Assembly (NCBI GenBank): GCA_002311345.1
Contig: DCAA01000006.1
Location: 14,532 to 78,531 of the forward strand
DNA from: Planctomycetes bacterium UBA1146
GTDB lineage: Bacteria > Planctomycetota > UBA8108 > UBA1146
Reading direction: 5' to 3'
DNA: 64,000 nucleotides
The notes under the pieces are model-generated. The model saw only the letters and a list, made by a program, of their open reading frames with translations. It had not been told where the DNA came from and ran no database searches. A program made the translations under genes and the position numbers. Below, piece by piece: positions 51,147 to 60,312 of this stretch. The stretch's first letter is position 1; every line of letters starts with the position of its first letter.

Positions 51147-54000
51147 CGAACCAGTCCCTCCCCATGCTCACCTGAACCTCCAGTGGCACCGAGATCTTCA
51201 TCGCCGCTTCCATCACTTCTTTTAGCCAGATGGCACACTCCTCGGAGAGATGCTCGGGAACCTCGAGCAGCAACTCGTCGTGAATCTGCAGCAGGATTCG
51301 CGCTTCGTTGCCACGAGAAAGTGCTTCACGATGTACGTCGATCATCGCCTTCTTGATCAGGTCTGCAGCGGACCCCTGCACCACGGTGTTGATGGCGTAC
51401 CTTTCTCCCTGGGCTTTCTCACGCGGAAGGCGAGAAAGAATCTCCGGGATCGGACGTCGACGCCCGCAGAGAGTCCTGACCTCTCCGGTTTCGATCGCCT
51501 TACGCTTCGTCTCTTCCATCCAATCTCGAACTCGCGGGAAGCCTTCGAAGTAGGACTCGATGAACTCCTTGGCTTCGGCGATGGAAATGCCTATGTCACG
51601 GGCAAGTCCACGGGCACCCATGCCATACATCAGCCCGAAATTGACCGCCTTGGCTGCCGATCTTTCATCCTTGCTCACCGCATCGATCTCTTTGTCATGG
51701 ATCTTGGCCGCTACAGAGGCGTGAATGTCGATTCCCGATTCGATGGTGGAAATCAGACCCTCGTCGCCGGTCAGATGGGCCAGAAGTCTCAGTTCGACCT
51801 GAGAATAGTCGGCACAGACGAAGATACAGCCTTCCCGATTTGGGATGAATGCCTGACGGATGCGTCTGCCCTCGTCGGAACGAATCGGGATGTTCTGTAG
51901 GTTGGGACGATTCGAGGCCAGTCTTCCAGTGGCGGTCACCGTCTGTCGGAAATCAGTATGGATCCTGCCGGTTCCCGGATGCAGATGCTGCGGGATCGCC
52001 ATCACGTAGGTCGAGATCAACTTCGAGAGAGATCGGTGACGGAGGATCAGCGCTGGCAACTTCTGGTCGGGGTGACGCGAGGCGAGTTCTTCGAGAGTTT
52101 CGGCCTTGACGCTGGTGCCGGTCTTGGTGCTGGGAAGTCCTTTCTTGGGCAATTTGAGGTCCTCGAATAGTACCTTCTGCAACTGCTTGGGACTGGCGAT
52201 GTTGAACGGTTCCCCGGCCTCCTCGTGGATGCGGGACTCGATGAGTTCCAGTTCTGCCGAAAGTTTGGTCCCCTGCTCCTTCAAACGGTCCTCGTCGATG
52301 GAGATTCCTTCTCGTTCCATCGCCACCAGCACCTCGATGAGAGGCAGTTCGATCTCCTCCAGAACCTCGCGTAATTGGTACTGATCAATCTCCTGATCGA
52401 GATCTCGATGCAGACGCAGGGTCCAGTCCGCATCCTCGGCGGCATAGTGACAGATTTTTTCAGGCTCGATCTGGTCCATCGATATCTCGGAACCCCGTTC
52501 ACCGATGATTTCCCGGATCGGGATCATCGTGTGGGCGAGACGTTCCGCGACCAGGCCGTCGAGACCGTAGCGCCCTCTCACCGGGTTGATCAGATAGGAG
52601 GAGATCATCGGGTCCCCGCAGATGCCGGCCAGTATCACTCCCTCGTTGCGCATCACCTGGGCATCGAACTTGATGTTCTGACCGATCTTGCCGATGGCAG
52701 CATCTTCGAGCAGCGGACCGAGTCGTTCCATCACATCTTTGCGAGCGATGGGTCCCTCGCCGCTGGGACTCTGAAACGGGATGTACCACGCCTCGGCGGC
52801 TTCGACGGCGATGCTACAGCCGACCACGGTGCAGCCGATCTGATCGAGTGAGTTGGTCTCGGTATCGAAGGCGAAGGAACCGGCTTGGCGGCACCTCTCG
52901 ACGATCTGATCCAGTTCCTCGATGGTCGTTACGAGGTGATATTCGACCGCTGGATCGTCAGGGAGGGGGGGCGGTTGGTGGTCCTGGGCACCGGACGCAT
53001 CCCCACCGGACGCAGCGGCACCAGTATCGGAATCTGTATCGGCGCCCGCGAAGAGGCTCGCTTGTTGTTCGACAGGCTTGCTCATCATCTTGAGGAACCT
53101 GTTGAAGCCGAGTTCCTTGAACAGTTCGCTCAGCAGGGTTTCATCCGGTGCGATCCGGATCAACTCGGTGGGGACACAGTCGAGAGGAGTCTGCTGGGAT
53201 AGGGTCACCAGTTCCTTCGAGAGATGCAGCATCTCTGGACAGGCACGGATCTTCTTCAGAGACGCCGCTGGAATACCATCTGGCACCGGATCCTCGAGCA
53301 GCGTTGCCGGATCCTCGACCAGCGAGAGGATTATTTCTGCACCCTTGGGGCCGATTCCTTTCACTCCGGGAATGTTGTCAGAGGAGTCTCCAACCAGCGA
53401 CTGGTATGCGATGACCTGTTGAGGTTCGATTCCCTTCTTTTCGAGCAATTCCTCCGGTCCGTAGAGTTGGCCGGTCGAGACATCGAGAAACTTGACTCTG
53501 TCGGAGAGAACCTGCTCGAGATCCTTGTCCTTTGTCAGTAGCCGTACATCGATTTCTTCGGACGCGGCTCTCGTCGCCATCGTCGCGATGCAATCGTCTG
53601 CTTCGTGATGAGGAGACTGCAGGATCGGAATCCGGAATGCCTCCAGCAACCGATCGATGAAGGGCAACTGTATGCTCAGTTCTTCCGGCATCTCCTCCCG
53701 GTTTGCCTTGTACTGATCGTAGCGATCGTGACGGAAGGTGGGTCCATCGCATTCCATGGCGATGGCCCACAGATCGACCGGATGATCCCGGCACAGGCGA
53801 AGCAGCAAGTCGGCGATCGCGTAGATCGCCTGGACCTGCATCCCGCGACTGTCGGTCAAACGCCTCATTCCGTAAAATCCCCGGTAGATCTGATATCTGC
53901 CGTCGATGAGGAAGAGGGTCTGAGACAAAGGTATCGCTTTCCGGGTGCTGGTGAGCACTGCTGCGAAGGGTGGGTTATCGATCGAGTTCAGTTCTGCCAC
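51133..54000 (-). CDS. polA: DNA polymerase I.
   Basis: 955 aa with a 5'-3' exonuclease N-terminus and polymerase motifs A, B and C (DYSQVELRLLAHLT, RRAAKAVNFGLMYG, QIHDELLLEVPEH). Confidence 0.9.
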   Translation of the reverse strand: MAELNSIDNPPFAAVLTSTRKAIPLSQTLFLIDGRYQIYRGFYGMRRLTDSRGMQVQAIYAIADLLLRLCRDHPVDLWAIAMECDGPTFRHDRYDQYKANREEMPEELSIQLPFIDRLLEAFRIPILQSPHHEADDCIATMATRAASEEIDVRLLTKDKDLEQVLSDRVKFLDVSTGQLYGPEELLEKKGIEPQQVIAYQSLVGDSSDNIPGVKGIGPKGAEIILSLVEDPATLLEDPVPDGIPAASLKKIRACPEMLHLSKELVTLSQQTPLDCVPTELIRIAPDETLLSELFKELGFNRFLKMMSKPVEQQASLFAGADTDSDTGAAASGGDASGAQDHQPPPLPDDPAVEYHLVTTIEELDQIVERCRQAGSFAFDTETNSLDQIGCTVVGCSIAVEAAEAWYIPFQSPSGEGPIARKDVMERLGPLLEDAAIGKIGQNIKFDAQVMRNEGVILAGICGDPMISSYLINPVRGRYGLDGLVAERLAHTMIPIREIIGERGSEISMDQIEPEKICHYAAEDADWTLRLHRDLDQEIDQYQLREVLEEIELPLIEVLVAMEREGISIDEDRLKEQGTKLSAELELIESRIHEEAGEPFNIASPKQLQKVLFEDLKLPKKGLPSTKTGTSVKAETLEELASRHPDQKLPALILRHRSLSKLISTYVMAIPQHLHPGTGRIHTDFRQTVTATGRLASNRPNLQNIPIRSDEGRRIRQAFIPNREGCIFVCADYSQVELRLLAHLTGDEGLISTIESGIDIHASVAAKIHDKEIDAVSKDERSAAKAVNFGLMYGMGARGLARDIGISIAEAKEFIESYFEGFPRVRDWMEETKRKAIETGEVRTLCGRRRPIPEILSRLPREKAQGERYAINTVVQGSAADLIKKAMIDVHREALSRGNEARILLQIHDELLLEVPEHLSEECAIWLKEVMEAAMKISVPLEVQVSMGRDWFDASK

Positions 54001-54049
54001 AGAAACTATCTCAGAGGCCGACAGACGGCAATGAGCGGGTGTCGACTGC

Positions 54050-54078
54050 TTGACGGGCTTTCGGCTCCAGCGTAGGAT
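54050..54078 (+). promoter_or_regulatory. Candidate sigma70-type promoter: TTGACG, 17-nt spacer, TAGGAT.
   Basis: Read directly in the polA/BRCT-gene divergent region. It lies ~245 nt upstream of the BRCT-protein ATG, so the assignment is tentative. Confidence 0.25.
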
Positions 54079-54321
54079 CAGCGCTTCCGGCCCCGGAAGG
54101 GGCAGGAGCCTCCAGGGTGTGCATCCGGGTTGCTCGGGTCTTCCCTGACTGGTTTCGGCTTTGAGTTGGATTTCCCCAGTATGGAGGTCTTCGGAGCCCG
54201 GAAGGAAATGAACCGCAATCCAGTTGTCTCTGGGTTCTGAGTCCCGATCGGGACCGGAACACCGGCGCGAGAATTGGTGGCCGGGTCCGCATCTTCGGTG
54301 TGGCGCTTACAGGGAGGATAC

Positions 54322-55536
54322 CCGATGGCCCGCAATCAGGGGGGAGCACAGCTCTCTTTTCTCATCGTTTCGCTGATTGGAATTCTGGTGCTCTGTTTCG
54401 TTGTTTTCCAGCAAAACAGCGACATGGAGCAACTCAACACCAGCCTCATTGGAGCAAGGAATGAGGTGGCTACCAAGGAAGATCTCATCAAGGAAAAGTC
54501 CATCGAAATCGGTGGACTCCGGGTGCTGATTCACGGCAACGGTGAATCCGCAGTTCCGGTCCCAGAGGTCCAGGCGATGATCGAGAAATCCGGAAGCGAC
54601 ATCGCCACGGCGCGTGGCTCGAGCAGTGCCAGGGAGTACGAGTCTCTCACCGAGATGTACGACGACTCGATCGATACGATTCGATTTCTCAACAACGAAT
54701 TGCAGAGTCAGCGTTCCGCTGCCGAAGCGAAGGACAACGAGTATCAGGAAGTGGTCATTTCCAAGAGCAACCTCGGTTCCCAGCTGAACGAGGAGATCGA
54801 TTCGCTTCGATCCCAGCTCAATGACATGCAGGTCCAATTGGAGCAGAGTCGCACCAGGGCACGCGAAGAGAGCGCTCGTCTGCGTGAAGAGGTCGAGCGT
54901 CTCGTCCAGGACAACAGTGCCACCGTCTACAAGTTGCAACGTGATCTGAGCATTTCCGAGAATCTCCTCAAACGTTCCAATGACAGGATCGATGAGTTGA
55001 AGCGGGAGATCGTTCGTGAACAGACATTCGCGATGGTCGAGCCCGATGGAGAGGTTCTGAATGTGAGTGAGGAACTGGGCAAGGCGTGGATCAACCTCGG
55101 CACCAATGATCGCCTGCGCAGAGGTCTGGTCTTCGATGTGTTTGCATACCAGAAGGGCGGCAAGCGCATCAGTAAGGGACGGATAGAAGTTCTCAGTATT
55201 CAGGATCGGTATTCGGAGGTGGCGATCCTCGAGAACCTCGATCGCTTCAATCCGATTTCGACCGGCGACATGATCGCCAGTCCTTTCTACGATGGAGAAG
55301 ACGTGCCGGTGTTCGTCTTCGCTGGAGACACTGCTACCAACGGTCGTTACTCGCTGGAGGATATGGCCCGGAAGATCGAACTATTCGGTGGAGTGGTATC
55401 GGACAAGGTCCAGTTGAATACCGATTTCGTCGTGGCCGTGAAGGGCTACGAGGAGACCCCCGAATACGATCTCGCTCGTGATCTCGGCGTCACGATCCTG
55501 AGGGAAGCGGAACTTCTCGAATTCATCGACTTCTAG
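54322..55536 (+). CDS. Membrane-anchored coiled-coil protein with a C-terminal BRCT domain.
   Basis: The start is taken at MARNQGGAQLSFLIVSLIGILVLCFVVF, a transmembrane segment; the track ORF begins at 54274. The central ~200 aa are heptad and charge rich. The C-terminus matches the BRCT pattern (PVFVFAGDTATNGRYSLEDMARKIELFGGVVSDKVQLNTDFVVAVKGYEETPEYDLARDLGVTILREAELLEFI). Confidence 0.55.
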   Translation, partial: PMARNQGGAQLSFLIVSLIGILVLCFVVFQQNSDMEQLNTSLIGARNEVATKEDLIKEKSIEIGGLRVLIHGNGESAVPVPEVQAMIEKSGSDIATARGSSSAREYESLTEMYDDSIDTIRFLNNELQSQRSAAEAKDNEYQEVVISKSNLGSQLNEEIDSLRSQLNDMQVQLEQSRTRAREESARLREEVERLVQDNSATVYKLQRDLSISENLLKRSNDRIDELKREIVREQTFAMVEPDGEVLNVSEELGKAWINLGTNDRLRRGLVFDVFAYQKGGKRISKGRIEVLSIQDRYSEVAILENLDRFNPISTGDMIASPFYDGEDVPVFVFAGDTATNGRYSLEDMARKIELFGGVVSDKVQLNTDFVVAVKGYEETPEYDLARDLGVTILREAELLEFIDF

Positions 55537-55556
55537 AGCAGTTTTCTTGCTACTTA

Positions 55557-55592
55557 GAAGACGGCGGCGGGGAACTCCTCGCCGCCGTCTTC
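55557..55592 (+). terminator. Strong hairpin downstream of the BRCT-protein gene: perfect 13-bp stem (GAAGACGGCGGCG / CGCCGCCGTCTTC) with a 10-nt loop.
   Basis: Inverted repeat read directly, beginning 21 nt after the stop. The trailing sequence TCCTGTATCTG is only weakly U-rich, so it may be a bidirectional or protective hairpin rather than a classical terminator. Confidence 0.45.
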
Positions 55593-55776
55593 CTGTATCT
55601 GACGGTGGTTACGAACCCCTCGGAGACAGGAGAACTGTGCGCTGAGGTTTGCCGCTGACCTCAGGTCGTGGCATCTTGTCGCTCCAGGACCAGGATCTCA
55701 GGTGGATCCTGACGGCGTCCGGCAGGAGGGCTGGAGGATGAAGCAGGTTCCCGGTTCCCAGGAGAATCTGAAGACG

Positions 55777-57075
55777 ATGTCTTTCGGCGATCATCTCGAG
55801 GAACTTCGTTCCCGGGTGATACGTTCGATTCTGGTGGTCCTCATCTGTGCGGCGGTCGCCTTCATCTACCAGAACGATCTGATGCAACTGGTCACCGGAC
55901 CACACCGGCTCGCCTTGTCTCAGATCGAAGCCCGCAATCAGATCTGGCAAATCGATGAAGATGTAACCTCGGCGCAAAAGTCGCTGCAGGCATTGCCGGC
56001 GGCGATGGCATCCAAGGTGCTACTCGATGTCGATGAGAACGAGGACTGGTGGAGTCGCTGGAACCAGTTTCGACAGCAGCAGGTGGAGTCGGGAGCGAAC
56101 ACCGATCTGGTCGAGTTGCTGCAGGAGCGGATCACCGATCTCTATCCTGCAGACAGTTCCTCGTTGGTTCTGGCCGGGACAGTTTCGCGTTTTCAGTACA
56201 GTGCGGCCCAATTACGATTGGTCCAAAACGATGCGCCCTGGGGTACCAGTACCCCGATCGAGCACAGCATCGAGGGACTGGAGGCGATGGCCAGCTTGTG
56301 GATCGGCTGGACCGAGATTCCGGCGACCTCGCCGGATCCCGGCGAGTCGAGTGATCCGGATGGAAATTCGGAACCCGAAAACGATCCGGTCATCAAACCT
56401 GCCGCAGTCGATCCCGCGGTGATCGAGGTGCTCGAGCAGGTCGCGGGACTTTCCGTCACCATCGAGAGCCGCAGTCGCGATCTGCTCGGCTGGAGAAGCC
56501 GGGCTCTGCCCCTGGCGTTGCTCAGTTATGCCGAGGCGTTCTTCTCGTACGTGAAACTGAGCCTTCTGATCGGCCTGCTGTGCGCTCTGCCGTGGTTGAC
56601 TTTCGAGATCTGGCAGTTCATCGCTGCCGGGCTCTATCACTCCGAACGCCGTGCAGCACTTCCCTTCCTTCCGGTCGCGTTCCTGCTGCTGGGGCTGGGA
56701 GTCACCTTTGCCTACCTGGTGCTGATCCCGGTCGGCCTGTCCTTTCTCGCTGGATATGGAGATCCACAACTGGTTCGTCCCGTTTTCACGTTGCAGAACT
56801 ATCTGGGTCTGGTTTTCACGTTGATCCTGGGTATGGGGCTCGTATTTCAGTTGCCACTGCTGATGATATTCCTGACACGCAGTGGGTTGCTGCAGGTGGA
56901 CAATTTCCGCCACTACAGAAGGTACTCCATCGTCGGCGCGGTGATCCTGGGAGCCTTGTTGACTCCCCCCGATATCGTGACTCAGTTGTTGATGGCCGGA
57001 CCGCTGGTGATCCTCTATGAAGTGGGCATCATCGCCTGTGCGATGAGTGCCAAGAAGAAGTCCGGAGATGATTGA
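55777..57075 (+). CDS. tatC: Sec-independent protein translocase TatC with a ~230-aa insertion in the first periplasmic loop.
   Basis: Canonical N-terminus MSFGDHLEELRSRVIRSILVVLICAAV and a conserved C-terminal core (LPWLTFEIWQFIAAGLYHSERR..., LLTPPDIVTQLLMAGPLVILYEVGI). About 230 residues with no TatC counterpart lie between TM1 and TM2. The track ORF begins at 55702. Confidence 0.75.
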   Translation: MSFGDHLEELRSRVIRSILVVLICAAVAFIYQNDLMQLVTGPHRLALSQIEARNQIWQIDEDVTSAQKSLQALPAAMASKVLLDVDENEDWWSRWNQFRQQQVESGANTDLVELLQERITDLYPADSSSLVLAGTVSRFQYSAAQLRLVQNDAPWGTSTPIEHSIEGLEAMASLWIGWTEIPATSPDPGESSDPDGNSEPENDPVIKPAAVDPAVIEVLEQVAGLSVTIESRSRDLLGWRSRALPLALLSYAEAFFSYVKLSLLIGLLCALPWLTFEIWQFIAAGLYHSERRAALPFLPVAFLLLGLGVTFAYLVLIPVGLSFLAGYGDPQLVRPVFTLQNYLGLVFTLILGMGLVFQLPLLMIFLTRSGLLQVDNFRHYRRYSIVGAVILGALLTPPDIVTQLLMAGPLVILYEVGIIACAMSAKKKSGDD

Positions 57076-57130
57076 TTTGTCCGGTTGGTCGGAGATCTTC
57101 GATCACCTCGACGGGAAAAAGGTGTAGATC

Positions 57131-58423
57131 GTGTGCTCTGGTGAAGACAAGGTCCCCGATTCTGACCTCGATCAAACGGCCCGGGAGAATCTCCGCGTCG
57201 GGGTGATCAGTGTTGGAGATGAGATCCTCGAGGGGCGAATCGTCGATCTCCACTCGCGAACCACGTCGGCACTTCTCACTCCTCTCGGGGTCGAGGTCGA
57301 ATGGCATCTGAGTATCGGAGATGCCCCCGGAGCTCTCAGTTCGGTACTCGCTTCGATACCTGCACCGGTCGATGGAATCGTCATCGCCGGAGGGCTGGGT
57401 CCCACCGCGGACGATCGTTGCCGCCAGGAGATCGCGACTGCAACGGCAGCCCCGCTCGAGTTCGATGAGGAGGCCTGGCAACGAATTCAAGATCGCTTTG
57501 TCATGGCGGGTCTCGAACCGGCGCACAACAATCGAAACCAAGCGTTCCGTCCCCAGGGCAGCGAAACTCTTGTCAATGAATGGGGCACCGCCCCTGGATT
57601 CCGGATGTCCTTTGGCGATGGGACGCTGCTCTTTGCGCTTCCTGGAGTTCCATCCGAGTTCGATCAGATGTTGAGGGAATACGTTCTTCCGTGGGCCCAG
57701 TCACGCTCCGACAAGATCGAGACCGGTGAGATTCTCGAGTTCATCGGCATCCCCGAATCGCAACTCGATGAGTGGATCCTCTCCCAACTCGGAGTCGATG
57801 GAGGTCACCACATCTGCGTCAAGGGTTGGGGGCAGATCGAGGTGCGGCTCCCTGCCGCGCTTTCGTTGCGAGAAGAGGCGAGCGACAGGTTCGGGGCTCG
57901 TTTCATCGGAGAGGGAGGGATCGGTGCCGAGCAGCACCTGGTGAAGGCCGCTCTCGCTGCAGGGATCACCATTTCGACAGCGGAATCGTGTACCGGAGGG
58001 ATGATCGGATCCCGGATCACTGCAGTCCCCGGCTGTAGTGAGGTCTATCTCGGCGGCTGGGTTTGCTATTCCTACGAAGCAAAATCACGCGACCTGGGAG
58101 TCGATCCGGCAGTGATCGAGGTCGAGGGTGCCGTCAGTGCTCCGGTGGTGGAAGCGATGGCCTCGGGAGCTCGTGACAGGTCGGGATCTGATCTGGCGAT
58201 CGCCGTCAGTGGCATCGCCGGACCGGGCGGGGCCACCGACGAGAAACCGGTGGGGACCGTCTGGATGGCACTGTGTGGCCATGGCAAAACCGATTCCCAT
58301 CGTTACCAGTTGAAGGGGACACGCGATCGCATCCGGCAACTCACCACCAACCTGGCTATGCAGGTCGTCATGGCGGAGATTCGTCAGCAGGAGATTCCCG
58401 GATGGTCGAAGCAACGATCCTGA
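57131..58423 (+). CDS. cinA: CinA-family protein with an N-terminal MoCF-binding domain and a C-terminal NMN-deamidase-like CinA domain.
   Basis: N-terminal LRVGVISVGDEILEGRIVD, and C-terminal TAESCTGGMIGSRIT...AVSGIAGPGGATDEKPVGTVWMAL. Confidence 0.8.
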   Translation: MCSGEDKVPDSDLDQTARENLRVGVISVGDEILEGRIVDLHSRTTSALLTPLGVEVEWHLSIGDAPGALSSVLASIPAPVDGIVIAGGLGPTADDRCRQEIATATAAPLEFDEEAWQRIQDRFVMAGLEPAHNNRNQAFRPQGSETLVNEWGTAPGFRMSFGDGTLLFALPGVPSEFDQMLREYVLPWAQSRSDKIETGEILEFIGIPESQLDEWILSQLGVDGGHHICVKGWGQIEVRLPAALSLREEASDRFGARFIGEGGIGAEQHLVKAALAAGITISTAESCTGGMIGSRITAVPGCSEVYLGGWVCYSYEAKSRDLGVDPAVIEVEGAVSAPVVEAMASGARDRSGSDLAIAVSGIAGPGGATDEKPVGTVWMALCGHGKTDSHRYQLKGTRDRIRQLTTNLAMQVVMAEIRQQEIPGWSKQRS

Positions 58424-59154
58424 CACGGGATGGATCCCCGACTCGTTACCATCCCCGATACCAGCAGCACTACCACTCTCTCAGCGGCGCCCACCTCGAG
58501 GCGCGGATGCGTTACGTGGTTGCCAGTAGGGTCGTCGAAAGGGCACGTGATCAGGGCAAGGTGAGGATTCTCGATGTCGGATTCGGGTTGGGGACGAACC
58601 TGGCCTGGGCGATTCACGAGATCCAGCAAGAAGTCCCGGGTGCCTCGATAGAGATCGTTTCTCTCGAGCGGGAATTGCTGCCGGTAGACGTGCTTCTTCC
58701 TCATTTCAGGGCGCTTCCTGAAACGAGGTTGGCACGGATGTTGAGGGATCTGGTGCAGACAGGAGAGTGGATCGAGAGGAACCTGAGACTCCAGTTGATC
58801 TGCGCAGAAGCACAAATAGAGATCGATTCTATCGAGGGCCCCTTCGACACGGTGTTTCTCGATCCATTCTCGCCCAGGTGCAATCCTGAGTTGTGGGCAA
58901 GCCCGTTTCTGGCCGCGATTCGCAGCAGAATGGCCCAGGGTGGTATACTGACAACGTACAGTTGTGCCCGATCAGTTCGGCTTTCGTTGCTACGGGCCGG
59001 TTGGGAGATCGGCGTCGGTCCGCGAGTCGGATCGAAGTCGTCGGGAACCCTCGCCTCGTGTGGATCGGTGCTGCCGCCACTGGTGGCCATCGATCCGAAA
59101 CAGAGCCGTTGGCTCGTTCGACAGCTTCGGGGCCCAGGAGATGGAGAAACGTGA
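58402..59154 (+). CDS. MnmC-type (MnmD-like) tRNA mnm5s2U biosynthesis methyltransferase domain protein.
   Basis: Motifs ATILTRDGSPTRYHPRYQQHYHS (the A.I.W.DG.P.S..F.D.Y signature), ILDVGFGLGTN, and FDTVFLDPFSPRCNPELWASPFL. The start is taken at MVEATIL; the track ORF begins at 58273. Confidence 0.65.
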   Translation: MVEATILTRDGSPTRYHPRYQQHYHSLSGAHLEARMRYVVASRVVERARDQGKVRILDVGFGLGTNLAWAIHEIQQEVPGASIEIVSLERELLPVDVLLPHFRALPETRLARMLRDLVQTGEWIERNLRLQLICAEAQIEIDSIEGPFDTVFLDPFSPRCNPELWASPFLAAIRSRMAQGGILTTYSCARSVRLSLLRAGWEIGVGPRVGSKSSGTLASCGSVLPPLVAIDPKQSRWLVRQLRGPGDGET

Positions 59155-59786
59155 TGATCTGGACTATCTGCGGCAACTGGCTACGGCCAGGATTGTTCTT
59201 CTTCTGCATGGTGAGTCTCTTGGGTAGTTCGATCGTTGCCGATACGCCGCCAGCACCTGCGGAGAAAAAATCGATCTCCTCGCAGCAAGCAGAATTGCCG
59301 AAGTTGACGCCAAAAGAGCAGCAAGAGGTTCAGACCTGGGTGCGCGAATTGCAGCGCCAACGGGCAACAAATCGAACCAGGGCTGAAAAGCATCTGCGGC
59401 GAGTGGGTGCTGCAGCCGTGCCCTATCTGCTGCCGGTTTCCCGCTCGGAATTCGACCTGGCTCGCATTGCGGCGTTGCGAATCCTGCACAGGTCGCCGCG
59501 CTACGAGGCCGCCTCCAGTGCCCTCGAGGGGCTTCGGGCCGAGAATCGGTGGGTGCGTAAACTCTCCTGGCAGTTGATCGAGAAGATCAGCGGGATCCGC
59601 AGCACATTTCCGTGGGATGGCGACAAATTCTCCAGTCAGCGCAAGAGAAAAGCGCAGATCTGGCAGCGCTGGTACCGGCTCCAGGAGCAACTTTGTCGCC
59701 AGGAAGAGAAACTCTCGCGCGAATCGCAGCCGCAGGGCTCTCAACCGCAGAAATCGGCGAAATCGGATCCACCGACCGACGGATAA
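59155..59786 (+). CDS. Small secreted HEAT-like repeat protein (210 aa) of unknown function.
   Basis: The ATG at 59155 directly follows the upstream TGA stop. Signal peptide MIWTICGNWLRPGLFFFCMVSLLGSSIVA, then helical repeats (LLPVSRSEFDLARIAALRILHRSP...) and a basic C-terminus. Confidence 0.5.
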
Positions 59787-60312
59787 CAGCCCCCATCCGT
59801 CTCGAGGGCCTCGCCGCGTGGCGGGGCACTTCTCTCCCCACGAACATCATGGCTGTCTCCGTCGCGACCCTTGCGAGTGGGTCTCCCCTTTGCTACGTTC
59901 GGCCGCTGCGGTGGGGGATGGATCTGGCGAAACTTCTGGTTCTTCAGGAGTATTCCTTTTCACCCTCCAGCGACTCTGTGAAGTGATTCCGATCCCATCT
60001 CGGTGGGAAGGCATCGATGCAAAGATCGACACGAAGTCGATGGGAGAAGAAACGCCCAGGTGCGTTCTGATCCGGGTCCGCATCGAACAGCACAGATGTT
60101 GAATCAACTCCGGACGAGGTTCTCGATCAGAGTGTTTCGCATCATCGTTACGGGTGTCGACTGGCATCCGTTCTCGGAGTCATACCAGAGATTCTGACGA
60201 GGTGTTTCGTAGCGTGGTGCAGTTCGATTGCGCAGATGGTGATCGTTCTGATGAACCGATGCGTTGAGTAGTACTGTCATCGGAAGCGCATTGCTTTGAA
60301 TCTGGGGGATCG

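Noticed and set aside
59787-60312. Calling this dnaA-upstream spacer an oriC feature.
   Set aside because: No cluster of DnaA boxes (TTATCCACA within 2 mismatches) or obvious AT-rich DNA-unwinding element was found by eye, and dnaN is not adjacent. It is reported only as a finding to test with GC-skew.
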